A DNA stretch of 64,000 bases from Armatimonadota bacterium (lineage in GTDB: Bacteria > Armatimonadota > SYMT01), in NCBI GenBank assembly GCA_041690135.1, contig JAWLHY010000015.1:128001-192000 (forward strand), in the 5' to 3' direction. The position numbers and the translations under genes were made by a program. Below the pieces are notes generated by a model. That model was not told the origin of the DNA, did not search any database, and saw nothing but the letters and a program-made list of their open reading frames with translations. Shown piece after piece: positions 46,886 through 58,654 of this stretch; the stretch's first letter is position 1; every line of letters begins with the position of its first letter.

Positions 46886-49810
46886 ATGACGGGGAGAGTC
46901 GCGGCGCCCGTTTGGGCGCTCCTCCTGCTGGGTTCCGCCGCCCTGCCACTGGCAGCCGCCCGCAGCCCCAAGGCCATTCAGTACGAGAGCGAGGTACTCC
47001 CGCTCTTTCGCGCGAAGTGCATCGGCTGCCACGGCGCGGGGCTGCCGGAGGCGGGTCTCGACCTCCGCACCCGAGGCGATCTCCTGGAGGGTGGGTATTC
47101 GGGCCCCGCCGTAGTTCCCGGGAGCCCGGAGAAGAGCGTCTTGTACCAGACCCTGGCGGACGGACGCATGCCGAAGGGCGGACGGCGCTTTACCCCGCAA
47201 GAGCTGCGGGTCGTGGCCGACTGGATCCGGGGCGGGGCGGCCGGCGCGGGACCGGAGACCGGTCACTGGGCCTTCCGCCCACCGAAAGCGACCCCGGTCC
47301 CGCCGGTGAAAGCGGCCGACCGGGTGCGGAACCCGATCGACGCTTTCTTGCTGCGAGACCTGGAACGGAAGGGTTTGTCCTATACGCCGGAGGCCGACCG
47401 TCGTACCCTGATTCGCCGGCTCACGTTTGACCTGATCGGACTCCCGCCCACGCCCGCAGAGATCGAGGCCTTCGTCCGGGATGCGCGCCCGGATGCGTAC
47501 GAGCGCCTGGTGGACCGTCTCCTGAGCGATCCGCGCTACGGCGAGCGCTGGGCGCGCCACTGGCTGGACACCGCCGGATACGCGGATAGCGAAGGCGTGC
47601 TGCAAGAGGACCGGATCCGGCCGAATGCCTGGCGTTACCGGGACTACGTCATCCAGAGCCTCAATGCCGACAAGCCGTACGACCAGTTCCTGCGGGAACA
47701 GATCGCCGGGGATGAACTCGTCGATTACCGGAACGCCCCGGCATTCACGCCGAAGATTGTGGAAACCCTGACCGCCACCGGGTTCCTGCGGACCGCCGTG
47801 GATGCGACCCGGCCGGACTTCAACCCCCACCAGTACGGGGAATACCAGTACCGGATGCTGCACGACACCCAGACGATCGTCTTCTCGACGGCGCTGGGGC
47901 TTACGGTCCAGTGCGCCCGGTGCCACAGTCACAAGTACGAGCCGATCTCCCAGAAGGACTACTACGCCGTTCAGGCTCTCTTCATGGGGGCGGTGCGCCC
48001 GCGCGGCAAGCTGTTGCCCACCGCGCTCCGGCAGATCGTGGCCGCGACCGCGGAAGAGCAGAAGCACGCGCGGGAGGTGAACGCGCAGGTCGATGCCGCG
48101 GTCGCCGCGCTCAACCAGGAACTGGCGGCGCTGACGGCGGAACACCAGGCTCGCGACCTGGAGCGACGTGCCGCGGAGATTCCCGAGGCGGACCGCACGG
48201 CGCTCATCGCAGCCGTGCGCCTACCGGAAGCCAAACGCAGCGCCGAACAGAAGACCCTGGTGACCCGGCACGCCAAACTGATCCGCACTCCGGAGGCACT
48301 TGCCGCCGCCGATTCCGAGTTCCGGGAGAAACAGGCGGCGATCGTAACCAAGCGCAACCAGGAAAACAGCCGCCGAATCGTCCACACGGAACTCCGCGCC
48401 TTTTACGACCAGGACGCCAACCCGCCGCCGACGCCCCTGCTGCAAAGGGGAGACTGGCTCCGGCCGGGGGAACCCGTTGAACCTGGAGTACCGGAGCTGC
48501 TAGCACGAGTCGCCGGCCCGCTCGAGCTTTCGAAGCCGACACCAGGCGCGGCAACCACCGGTCGTCGCCTCGCCTTCGCCCGCTGGATCACGCAGGCGGA
48601 TCATCCCCTGACGGCGCGGGTGATGGTCAACCGGGTCTGGGCCCATCACTTCGGCGTGGGCATCGTGCCGAGCGTGGAGAACTTCGGCCGCTCCGGTCAG
48701 GCGCCGACGAACCAGGACCTGCTGGACTGGCTGGCATGCTCCTTCGTCGCGGGGGCCGGGGGGAAGGGGTCCGGGGCCGGGGAGACTGGTGAACAGGCCC
48801 GGTACGGTTTGCCGGTACGCAAGGGTGATGCTGTTGGCAAATTCCGGAGTGCGCACGAGTTGGCACAACGAGATCAACCTCGCGAGCAGCGGAATGGAAC
48901 GGCGTCACATTCCCTACGGCACCGTCATCCGAGGCCCCTTCAATTTGCCAACAACATCAGGGGTGCGAGGGAGCCGGGAACCAGGGAGTCGGGGACCCGA
49001 TTCACCGCGGCATCATCTGGTTCCGAGGGTTCGAGATACGCAGTACGGAATTCGCATTACGCACCCGTCCCCAATCCCCGGCCCCCGACCTCTGGCCCCA
49101 CCGAAGGCCTGGCCTGGAGTCTCAAGAAGCTCCACCGGCTCATCGTCACTTCTTCCGCGTACCGGCAGGGGTCGGGATGGAACGAGCGGGCGGGGCGGAT
49201 CGATCCCGAGAACCGGCTGGTGTGGCGCCAGCGGCCGCGCCGGCTGGAGGCCGAGGCGATCCGGGACGCGATGCTGGCGGTCTCCGGCACGCTGGACGGC
49301 CGAATGTTCGGCGAGCCGGTCGCGAACGTGACGCAGCCGACTGGGGAGATCGTGGCGGCGGGTGAGGAGCAAGGTGGGCGACGCTCGATTTACCTGCTGG
49401 TGCGCCGCTCCATGCCGGTGACGCTGCTCAACACCTTCGATGCCCCCGTGATGGAGACGAACTGCACCCGGCGGACGACCTCCACCACGGCGACCCAGGC
49501 TCTGGCGCTGATGAACGGAACCTTCCTGAACGCACAAGGGCGACACTTCGCAACCCGGCTCCTGCGTGAAAGCCCTCCGGCCGGTGGTGCGGAAGCGCCG
49601 GTGGACCTTCGGACGGTCCGGCACGCCTTCAGCCTGGCGCTGGGCCGCGCACCCAGCGCCAAGGAGCAGGCCGAGGCCATGGAGTTCCTGCGCGGGCAAA
49701 TTGAGCTTTACCGCAAAGGGCAGGACACGGCGAAAGACGCGGGGGTGCGGGGATATGCGGACTTTTGCGCAGCGCTTTTGAGTTCGAACGAGTTCATTTA
49801 CGTGGATTAG
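46886..49810 (+). CDS. Planctomycete cytochrome c + DUF1549 + DUF1553 protein with in-frame insertion
   Basis: CIGCH; HWAF; YGERWARHWLD; CARCH; TARVMVNRVW; WSLKKLHR; RLEAEAIRD; start uncertain. Confidence 0.9.
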   Translation: MTGRVAAPVWALLLLGSAALPLAAARSPKAIQYESEVLPLFRAKCIGCHGAGLPEAGLDLRTRGDLLEGGYSGPAVVPGSPEKSVLYQTLADGRMPKGGRRFTPQELRVVADWIRGGAAGAGPETGHWAFRPPKATPVPPVKAADRVRNPIDAFLLRDLERKGLSYTPEADRRTLIRRLTFDLIGLPPTPAEIEAFVRDARPDAYERLVDRLLSDPRYGERWARHWLDTAGYADSEGVLQEDRIRPNAWRYRDYVIQSLNADKPYDQFLREQIAGDELVDYRNAPAFTPKIVETLTATGFLRTAVDATRPDFNPHQYGEYQYRMLHDTQTIVFSTALGLTVQCARCHSHKYEPISQKDYYAVQALFMGAVRPRGKLLPTALRQIVAATAEEQKHAREVNAQVDAAVAALNQELAALTAEHQARDLERRAAEIPEADRTALIAAVRLPEAKRSAEQKTLVTRHAKLIRTPEALAAADSEFREKQAAIVTKRNQENSRRIVHTELRAFYDQDANPPPTPLLQRGDWLRPGEPVEPGVPELLARVAGPLELSKPTPGAATTGRRLAFARWITQADHPLTARVMVNRVWAHHFGVGIVPSVENFGRSGQAPTNQDLLDWLACSFVAGAGGKGSGAGETGEQARYGLPVRKGDAVGKFRSAHELAQRDQPREQRNGTASHSLRHRHPRPLQFANNIRGAREPGTRESGTRFTAASSGSEGSRYAVRNSHYAPVPNPRPPTSGPTEGLAWSLKKLHRLIVTSSAYRQGSGWNERAGRIDPENRLVWRQRPRRLEAEAIRDAMLAVSGTLDGRMFGEPVANVTQPTGEIVAAGEEQGGRRSIYLLVRRSMPVTLLNTFDAPVMETNCTRRTTSTTATQALALMNGTFLNAQGRHFATRLLRESPPAGGAEAPVDLRTVRHAFSLALGRAPSAKEQAEAMEFLRGQIELYRKGQDTAKDAGVRGYADFCAALLSSNEFIYVD

Positions 49811-49814
49811 TCAC

Positions 49815-51257
49815 ATGCTGAGTTTTGATTTGAGACAGAGAGGCCGGCTGGTGGAACTGGTGTCGCGGCGGGAGTTGTTCTCCCGGCTGGGAGCCGGTGC
49901 CGGGGCGTTGGCGCTGGCCTCCCTGCTGGAGGAGGCCGCCGCGGCAGCTTCCCCCTCGGGCCGCCAGCGTTACGACGTGCAGCCGAAGGAGCCGCATCAC
50001 CCGGCCCGGGCGAAACGGATCATCTATCTGTTCCAGAACGGCGGACCCAGCCACGTGGACCTGTTCGACCCGAAACCGGAACTAAAGAAATACGAGGGTC
50101 AGAAGCCGGGCGAGGGGTTCGTCAACGACGTGGACCCCAAGAAGACCGGGACCTGGCTCGGCAGCCCCTTCCAGTTCGCGCGGCATGGGCAGTCCGGCCT
50201 AGAGCTTTCCGAGTTGCTCCCGGAGTTGGCCCATCACGCCGACGAGATCTCCGTGATCCGCTCGATGGTCTCCGAGCACGAGAACCACGAACAGGCGTGC
50301 TGTCACATGCACACCGGCTCTCCCGTCGCCGGAAGGCCGACGATGGGTTCCTGGATTACCTACGGCCTAGGCACGGAAAACCAGAACCTGCCGGCTTACG
50401 TGGCTCTTCTGAACCCGGCCGGGCTCCCCGTGGATGGGGCCCGCAACTGGTCGAGCGGTTGGATGCCTCCTCTTTACCAGGGGATGCCGGTGCGCGCGAC
50501 CGAAACGACACCGATTCTCAACCTCGAGCAGAAGATCCCGGAACTGGCCGCGGACCGGCGGCTCCAGTTTCTCCAGAAGCTGAACCGCGAGCACTTCCGA
50601 ACGCGGGATGAGAACCTGGAACTGGAGGCACGGATCGCGACTTTTGAGCTCGCCGCACGGATGCAGCTAGCCGCGACCGATGCCCTGGACCTCAAGACCG
50701 AAACGGAGCCGACGCGCAAGTTGTACGGTCTCGATCGGCCGGAGACGGCAGTCTACGGGCGCGAGCTCCTGATGGCGCGGCGGCTCGTGGAACGCGGCGT
50801 GCGGTTCGTGCAGGTAATGATGTCCGGTCAGCCGTGGGACACCCACAGCAACAATAACGCGAACCTGCGGTCGCTCTGCAAGTCAACGGACCTTCCGGTC
50901 TCGGGTTTGCTGAAGGACCTGCGCCAACGCGGCCTTCTGGAAGACACCCTGGTCATCTGGACGGGCGAGTTCGGCCGGACGCCCTTCGCGGAAGGAAAAG
51001 ATGGGCGTGACCATCACAAACGGGCGTTCAGCCTGTGGGTCGCCGGAGGGGGGATCAAGGGCGGGGTGACCGTGGGCGCCACGGATCCGTTCGGCTACAA
51101 GTCGGTGGAGGATATCGTCACGGTGGCGGACTTCCATGCCACCGTGCTGCACCTGCTGGGCATCGATTTCAACCGGCTCACCTTCCGTCACGACACCCGG
51201 GAAGAGAAACTGACCGACGTGCATCCGGCACAGATTGTCAAACAAATCGTGGTCTGA
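49815..51257 (+). CDS. DUF1501 family protein
   Basis: SRRELF; GGPSHVDLFDPKP; RRLVERGVRFVQ; WDTH; GEFGRTP; GRDH. Confidence 0.92.
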   Translation: MLSFDLRQRGRLVELVSRRELFSRLGAGAGALALASLLEEAAAAASPSGRQRYDVQPKEPHHPARAKRIIYLFQNGGPSHVDLFDPKPELKKYEGQKPGEGFVNDVDPKKTGTWLGSPFQFARHGQSGLELSELLPELAHHADEISVIRSMVSEHENHEQACCHMHTGSPVAGRPTMGSWITYGLGTENQNLPAYVALLNPAGLPVDGARNWSSGWMPPLYQGMPVRATETTPILNLEQKIPELAADRRLQFLQKLNREHFRTRDENLELEARIATFELAARMQLAATDALDLKTETEPTRKLYGLDRPETAVYGRELLMARRLVERGVRFVQVMMSGQPWDTHSNNNANLRSLCKSTDLPVSGLLKDLRQRGLLEDTLVIWTGEFGRTPFAEGKDGRDHHKRAFSLWVAGGGIKGGVTVGATDPFGYKSVEDIVTVADFHATVLHLLGIDFNRLTFRHDTREEKLTDVHPAQIVKQIVV

Positions 51258-52398
51258 TAGTGGCAACGGCATGAGCGGCCATGCCTTCTTCACGGCCCAC
51301 GAAGCCAAGGCGCTCGTTGGTGGTGGCCTTAATGCTGACCTGGCCGGGGTCGGCTTTCATCGTTTCAGCGATGCGGGCTCGCATGGTGTCCACGTGGGGG
51401 CCGATTTTCGGACGTTCGGCCAGGAGCATGGCGTCGACGTTGACCAACTCCCACCCGGCTTCCCGCAGCCGTTCCAACACCACGCCGAGCAGTAGGAGAC
51501 TGCTGATGCCGCAGTAACGAGGGTCGGTGTTGGGAAAGAGCTTCCCGATATCGCCCAGCGCGGCCGCCCCGAGGAGCGCGTCGCAGATCGCGTGGAGCAG
51601 CACGTCCGCATCGGAGTGACCGTCCAGCCCCAGGCCTTCCGGGTGCTGCAGCTCCACGCCGCCCAGAACAAGGGGACGGCCCGGCACGAGCCGGTGGACG
51701 TCGTAACCGAACCCGGTGCGCACTCCACCCCCCGTCATCAACGCTTCCGCCATCCGTAGGTCCTCCGCCACCGTCACCTTGATGTTGTTCCTTTCGCCCG
51801 GCACGAGCCGCACGGGGTGCCCCAACCGCTCCACGTAACTCGCGTCATCCGTGCCGGCAAACCCTTCTTCCTTTGCACGCCGGTAGGCTCCCACCAGTAG
51901 CTCGTAGCGGAACACCTGGGGCGTCTGGACACCGTAGAGTTCCCGGCGGTCGATGGTCTCCAACGTGGCCTGGCCGTCGAACGACCGTTTGAGGGTATCC
52001 GACACCGGAGTGGCCGGAAGCGCGGCTCCGTGTTCGCGGGCCGCCTCGATCACCGCCGAGACCAGGGCTGGAGTAGCCAGAGGCCGGGCTCCGTCGTGGA
52101 TCGCCACCCACTCCGTTCCGTCGGGAACCGCCTGGAGTGCATTCCAGACACTATCGTAACGTTCCGCCCCGCCCACACAGATGGTGTGGAGTTTGGAGAA
52201 GGCGGACGCGATGCGGGAGACGGCTTCCACGTCCTCTTCACCGGTGACCACGACCAGCGCATCGATCTCGGGACACGCTTGCAGCACCGCGAGGGACCCA
52301 TGGAGGACGGTCCGTCCCGCAAGGGGGACCAGGACCTTGTTCTGACCGGCACCGAACCGACGCCCCTTGCCAGCGGCGGCTACTATCGCTGTTACCAT
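51238..52398 (-). CDS. ispDF: Bifunctional IspD/IspF
   Basis: AAGKGRRFG, IHDGARP, QTPQ, TDD; GYDVH, GHSDADV, KATT. Confidence 0.95.
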   Translation of the reverse strand: MVTAIVAAAGKGRRFGAGQNKVLVPLAGRTVLHGSLAVLQACPEIDALVVVTGEEDVEAVSRIASAFSKLHTICVGGAERYDSVWNALQAVPDGTEWVAIHDGARPLATPALVSAVIEAAREHGAALPATPVSDTLKRSFDGQATLETIDRRELYGVQTPQVFRYELLVGAYRRAKEEGFAGTDDASYVERLGHPVRLVPGERNNIKVTVAEDLRMAEALMTGGGVRTGFGYDVHRLVPGRPLVLGGVELQHPEGLGLDGHSDADVLLHAICDALLGAAALGDIGKLFPNTDPRYCGISSLLLLGVVLERLREAGWELVNVDAMLLAERPKIGPHVDTMRARIAETMKADPGQVSIKATTNERLGFVGREEGMAAHAVATIRPRFV

Positions 52399-52606
52399 CG
52401 AGGGAGATCCTTGGTTAGCGGGGATTGGAAAAAGGGGAAGAGCGACGCCAGCAATGCAGCGTTGCTCTTCCCCTTTTATCGCGTTCTACGTTCAAAAGCC
52501 GCCCGGTAAGGGCTTCAGGAGCTCACCAGTCTGGCCCACTCACAATCGCTCCCGCGGAATGCCGGGGTCGCATTCCACACGGCAGCACGGGTGCAAGCCC
52601 AAGGCC

Positions 52607-52632
52607 AGGCGGGGACGGAGCCTCCGCCCTAC
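52607..52632 (-). repeat. Single GTAG-type REP-like hairpin
   Basis: Minus strand gtagggcggaggctccgtccccgcc. Confidence 0.45.
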
Positions 52633-52735
52633 TTCTACAGGTGCAAGAACAAAGGCGGTTCCGTTCACCCCAAGGCGGCCTCCCATGGGACCAAGGCGTG
52701 ATTTGACCCTTCGAACCGGCAAGACGAGCGGTTCC

Positions 52736-53914
52736 CTAATGTTGACGGCCGCGGCGAGGGTTCCGCTCCCGGTCCCGGTAATAGCTCCGGAGGTTCCGGT
52801 CCATCAACTCCTGCTCTTCGTCGGCCACGTCCTTCAAGTTGGCGAAGATCATCTTGCCGGCGACGGTCTGCAGCACGCTGCTGACCACCACATCCACGCT
52901 TTCCCCCACGCAGTGGCGGCCGTTCTCCACCACGACCATCGTGCCGTCGTCGAGGTACGCAATCCCCTGGCCCGGTTCCTTTCCGTCCTTGATGATGTGG
53001 ACGCAAAGGATCTCCCCCGGGAGGACGACCGGCTTGAGCGAATTCGCCAGCTCATTCACGTTCAGCACGCGCACGCCCTGAAGTTCCGCGACCTTGTTCA
53101 GGTTGAAATCGTTGGTGACGATCGCGCCTTCCATTGCCTTAGCGAGACGGACCAGCTTACTGTCCACCGGCTCATGGTCCGCCTTGTGGTCCGCCTTCTG
53201 GATCATATGATCGTAGGTGCGGACCACCAGACTCAACTCCTTCTGCATGGCGTTGAGGATATCCAGCCCACGCCGTCCCCGGGCGCGCTTGAGCGAGTCG
53301 CCGGAGTCCGCAATGGTCTGCAACTCGTCCAGTACGAACCCCGGCACGTAGATCGTTCCCTCGACGAAGCCGGTCCGGCAGATATCGGAGATCCGGCCAT
53401 CGATGATGATGTTGGTGTCCAGGATCTTCGCCTGCTTGAGCATGGCCTTCTCATCGGATGCCTGCGCGCCGTACGGAGGCAACAGCTTCCGCAGCTCCTC
53501 GCGCATGCTCATGGCACCCTGGGTGGTGAGGAACACCATAACGAAAGCGAGGGCTACCGCCAGAAGCGTGCGCAGCAGCGGTTCCTCGATCTGGTTAAAG
53601 ATCGGCTGCATCAACATCGTGATCAGCAACCCGACCAGCGCGCCCACGCAGAGGGCGATCTTATCATTCGCCGGCATCTCGCGCAGGTTCTCCGCGAGCG
53701 ACGATATATAGGCGCTGATCTTCGAATAGCCGAAGACACCGGCCAGGATGCCGATCAGGGTGAAACCTACCTGGCTCAGGAGAACGAGCCGGGTGTTCTC
53801 ACCGATGTACTTCACGATCTCCGGGATCTTGATGTACCAGGATCCGGCGCGGAAACCGAGATAGCCGCCGATCACAGAAAGAACAAGAAGAAGAACCGCC
53901 CTAACAATGGCCAC
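52736..53914 (-). CDS. yacL: Membrane PIN/TRAM domain protein (YacL family)
   Basis: [42 protein letters not shown]; upstream of ispDF. Confidence 0.9.
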   Translation of the reverse strand: MAIVRAVLLLVLSVIGGYLGFRAGSWYIKIPEIVKYIGENTRLVLLSQVGFTLIGILAGVFGYSKISAYISSLAENLREMPANDKIALCVGALVGLLITMLMQPIFNQIEEPLLRTLLAVALAFVMVFLTTQGAMSMREELRKLLPPYGAQASDEKAMLKQAKILDTNIIIDGRISDICRTGFVEGTIYVPGFVLDELQTIADSGDSLKRARGRRGLDILNAMQKELSLVVRTYDHMIQKADHKADHEPVDSKLVRLAKAMEGAIVTNDFNLNKVAELQGVRVLNVNELANSLKPVVLPGEILCVHIIKDGKEPGQGIAYLDDGTMVVVENGRHCVGESVDVVVSSVLQTVAGKMIFANLKDVADEEQELMDRNLRSYYRDRERNPRRGRQH

Positions 53915-54212
53915 CAGCGTGACTCCTTGAGCAACTCGCCGACAGAGTGAACAGGTCTCTGCCAACCTTTCGCGGAGGGGCGCAGACTACGTTGCGTTAC
54001 CTGATTTACTGTTTCCAGCGCAAATCGGACCGGGCACCGCGGACATTCGCACCAGGCACTGCCACACGGTACGCCGCTCCCCACTTCTGCATGCGCAACG
54101 AATGAGAAGATTGTTGCCCGGAGTATATCACGCCCAGGAGCATTCTACTGCACAACAGACTACAATCCGCCACCTACAGTCTGACACGCCGTTCGGCCCG
54201 TTGTTCCAGCCC

Positions 54213-55703
54213 TTAGCGGACGCTTAGCCGGTACTCAACGATCTCCGCACGGATGCGCCCGATCACCCGGGTCCCGGCGAGCATGTCCGCCGGGTCGCCC
54301 TGAGCGAACTTGATGTGGGTGGCATCCACTTCATCGGTGTCCAGAGTGGGATCGAAAGCGTACCAGCCATCAGCCTCTTCCGTCAACCGGCACTCCACCC
54401 ACGCGTGATAGTAGAACCCGTCGTTCTGGTAGAGCATCCCCGTGCAGAGGCGCGTCGGGAGGCCTGCGGCCCGGCCCAGAGCCGCGAAGAGGGTGGCGTA
54501 GTCCCGGCATACTCCCTCTCGCGAACGCATGATCTCGGCAGCAGACCGCGGGGTGCCGATGTTAGTGGGCTTCTGCATGTGCTGGTGGACCCAGGCGCGC
54601 ACGCGCCGGGCGAGAGTCAGCCGATCGCCGGCGCCTTTCGCCAGTTCCGACGCCTGGCGCCGGATCTCCGGGTCGTCCAGTCCCAGATAGGCGGCATCGT
54701 CAAGGAACTCACCGGCGGCGCCCGGCGGCGCCAGCGGTAAAGCTGCCGTCGGCAATGCCCGCGTAGCGACCCGATAGGTCCCGGCAAAGGTGGTCACTCC
54801 TGCCTCATCCAGCTTCTGGCGGCTTTCGACCTTCTGGCGCGTATCGGAGAGGATGACGTTCTCATCCGGCAAGCCGGACAGCCGGACCTGCAGAAGGGCG
54901 ACCTTGCGGGGGTCCGGGATACGCTTCGTGGTCTTAACGGCGGTGGAGACGGCAAAGTCCGTGTCCGGCCCGGCGGCACCGGCCAGCGGCATCAACGGCT
55001 CGACGTCTTCGCGGACCAGGCGAATGCCGATCTTGCTGTCATCCTCAAGCAGTTGACCTTCGCTATCCAACCAGCTCTCCGAGGTGCCCGTGACGGAGTT
55101 GACGGTACGCACGAGGAACGCCATCACCGGCTTCCGCGCCACGTTTCGCCGGTCCTGGCGCAACACCTCGGTTTCAATCCGCTGGATGGCCAGACTCGCC
55201 GGATCGAAGAAGTGGGTCACCCACTTGTTGCCGACGCGGAACCGGGTTCCGGCCCCTCCCGTGGAGAGTTGCGGGTCGTCAACCAGGACGACGCCCTTGG
55301 GAATCGGTAGAGACTTGGTCGACTTCTGTCCCCCCGCATCGATCTCGGACACCACGCGATCCGGGTGGTACCGGGTCTGGATCTGGGTCGTCCGACCGGA
55401 GGAGATCATCGTGAAGCGGGACTGGAGAGGGTGCCCCTGCTTGCTGGAATAGTACTGAATCCGGATCTTCTGCTCGACCTCGCTGCCCAGTGCCTTCAAA
55501 CGGACGTCGGACTCCGCCTCCGTGCGCACTACGGACTGGTTCTCGAACCGATCGTCGTAGGTCCGCGAGACCATCGATCCGATGCGGGAGTTGAGCAGGT
55601 AGATTCCATAACGCTGGGTGGAGCGAAGCTCCGCCGCGACCGCCGCACTCCAGGAGAGCAGGGCACAGATCAACCACAAGGAAATGCGTACGGGGCGCGG
55701 CAT
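54213..55703 (-). CDS. Secreted transglutaminase-like protein
   Basis: Signal peptide; GVCRDYA / YHAWVE / FDPT Cys-His-Asp triad. Confidence 0.85.
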   Translation of the reverse strand: MPRPVRISLWLICALLSWSAAVAAELRSTQRYGIYLLNSRIGSMVSRTYDDRFENQSVVRTEAESDVRLKALGSEVEQKIRIQYYSSKQGHPLQSRFTMISSGRTTQIQTRYHPDRVVSEIDAGGQKSTKSLPIPKGVVLVDDPQLSTGGAGTRFRVGNKWVTHFFDPASLAIQRIETEVLRQDRRNVARKPVMAFLVRTVNSVTGTSESWLDSEGQLLEDDSKIGIRLVREDVEPLMPLAGAAGPDTDFAVSTAVKTTKRIPDPRKVALLQVRLSGLPDENVILSDTRQKVESRQKLDEAGVTTFAGTYRVATRALPTAALPLAPPGAAGEFLDDAAYLGLDDPEIRRQASELAKGAGDRLTLARRVRAWVHQHMQKPTNIGTPRSAAEIMRSREGVCRDYATLFAALGRAAGLPTRLCTGMLYQNDGFYYHAWVECRLTEEADGWYAFDPTLDTDEVDATHIKFAQGDPADMLAGTRVIGRIRAEIVEYRLSVR

Positions 55704-55799
55704 GCGGTCCTCCGAAAGCAAGGTGACGATGCCGCTATTCTAGCGGATTCCGGAGAAGGCTGCAGGATTCGGAACCGATCGATGGCGGCTGGAAATCGG

Positions 55800-56322
55800 T
55801 GCTCGGGTTAGAACCGGGGGTCGCGAGGACCGGGAGTAGAGGGGTGGTCGGGTTGGCGGGGCGGGAGGCGGGGGCAAGGTCGCAAGGCGCCGATGCAATC
55901 GGCGAGTCCACACTTGGGATCAAGGCGAGGGTGGGGTTGGCGGGACGGGAGGCGGGGGTAGGGTCGCGAGCGCACCGGAATGGCGTCCGGACTTCCGTTG
56001 GGTGCACGATGGCGGCTAATACTCGGTAACGGGGTTCATACCGAGGGTCGCAAGGATCGGCACCTGAGGGGTGGCAGGATTGGCGGGGCGGGAGGCGGGG
56101 GCAGGATCGCCAGGCGCCGATGCAATCGGCGAGTCCACACTTGGGGTCAAGGCGAGGATGGGGTTGGCGGGGCGGGAAGCGTGGGGTAGGGTCGCGAAGC
56201 GCCGATGCAATCGGCGAATCCACACAAATGAACCGGACGGAGACGGGGTTGGCGGGACGGGAGACGGGGCGCGGGTGAGGAGATCCTTAACGCCGTTCAG
56301 GACGAGGGCATCCTGAACGGCC
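55800..56322. repeat. REP cluster (cgccgatgcaatcggcg hairpin units)
   Basis: cgccgatgcaatcggcgaRtccacac at about 55888, 56115 and 56200; gagatcctt..cgccgttcagga at about 56280. Confidence 0.85.
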
Positions 56323-56552
56323 TGGAGCTACTATGCCGGGAGGGAGTGACCCTCACCACGGCCATTCACCCGCAAATGTACCACTACCGGTTCCGAACGG
56401 ATGCCTAAGGGGTGTGGGGAGGTGCCTGTGCAGGTACCGCTTCCCAATACACGGCCGCGCAAGCGCCGGCACTCCGGCAAGCCTCCCTGACCTGGGCGGA
56501 GAAGCAGGTTCGTGCCGAGGGGGCAAAACTACTCAGTAACTCCCCCAAACCC

Positions 56553-56966
56553 TTAGCCGCCGGCGACGCGGATGCGGTTGAGGGCGCGGTTGTGGGCGGC
56601 CTCGGCGTCACGGATGGCTTGCTCGTTGTAGGTGCCCTGGACGGAGCGCATCTGCTCGCGCGACTCGTCCCGCGAGCGCCGGGCACGGTCGAGGTCGATC
56701 TCCTCGGCGCGCTCCGCGGAGTCCGCCAGCACCGTGATGGTATTGTTGAAAATCTGGAGGAAGCCACCGCTGACAGCCAGGCGCACCTCCTCGCCTCCGG
56801 ACCGGCGGTACCGCAGCTCGCCGGTCTCCAGTTCACTCAGCAGGGGGGCGTGGTTGGGCAGCACGCCGAAGGAGCCGAGCACCCCGGGGGCAACGAGCGA
56901 AGTCGCTTCGTCGCTGACGACCACCCGGTCCGGCGTAACGATATCCACGGTAAAGGTTCGTGCCAT
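56553..56966 (-). CDS. atpC: ATP synthase epsilon subunit
   Basis: IVTPDR, GVLPNHAPL, AVSGGF. Confidence 0.96.
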   Translation of the reverse strand: MARTFTVDIVTPDRVVVSDEATSLVAPGVLGSFGVLPNHAPLLSELETGELRYRRSGGEEVRLAVSGGFLQIFNNTITVLADSAERAEEIDLDRARRSRDESREQMRSVQGTYNEQAIRDAEAAHNRALNRIRVAGG

Positions 56967-56969
56967 ACG

Positions 56970-57158
56970 TTCGTATTGCGTAATGCGTATTGCGTATTGA
57001 GGAAGCTTACGTGCGAGGTAGGTGCGATCGCAGGGGGACTACCTCGGGTTGATGCATAATCCGTGATGCGTGTTGCGTAAGCTTACGTGCGAAGTGAGTG
57101 CGAAAGGCAGTGGCATCGCGGCGGGCAAGCACTTACTTCGTAATGCGTAATGCGTAAG
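56970..57158. repeat. (tgcgtaW)n heptamers and duplicated aagcttacgtgcga between atpD and atpC
   Basis: ttgcgtaatgcgtattgcgtatt; cgtaatgcgtaatgcgtaa. Confidence 0.75.
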
Positions 57159-57208
57159 GACACCGGACGGGCGGCCCGATGCCCTTACCCAACGCTTGCG
57201 CTTGCCGC

Positions 57209-58654
<1,446 letters not shown>

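Noticed and set aside
48749-49112. Intein or self-splicing intron
   Set aside because: No N-terminal Cys/Ser with a C-terminal His-Asn block, no LAGLIDADG or RT ORF, and no GUGYG/domain V motif
55735-56223. 162-aa repetitive ORF (DSPIASA repeats)
   Set aside because: Translation of REP units with no RBS or coding-like codon pattern
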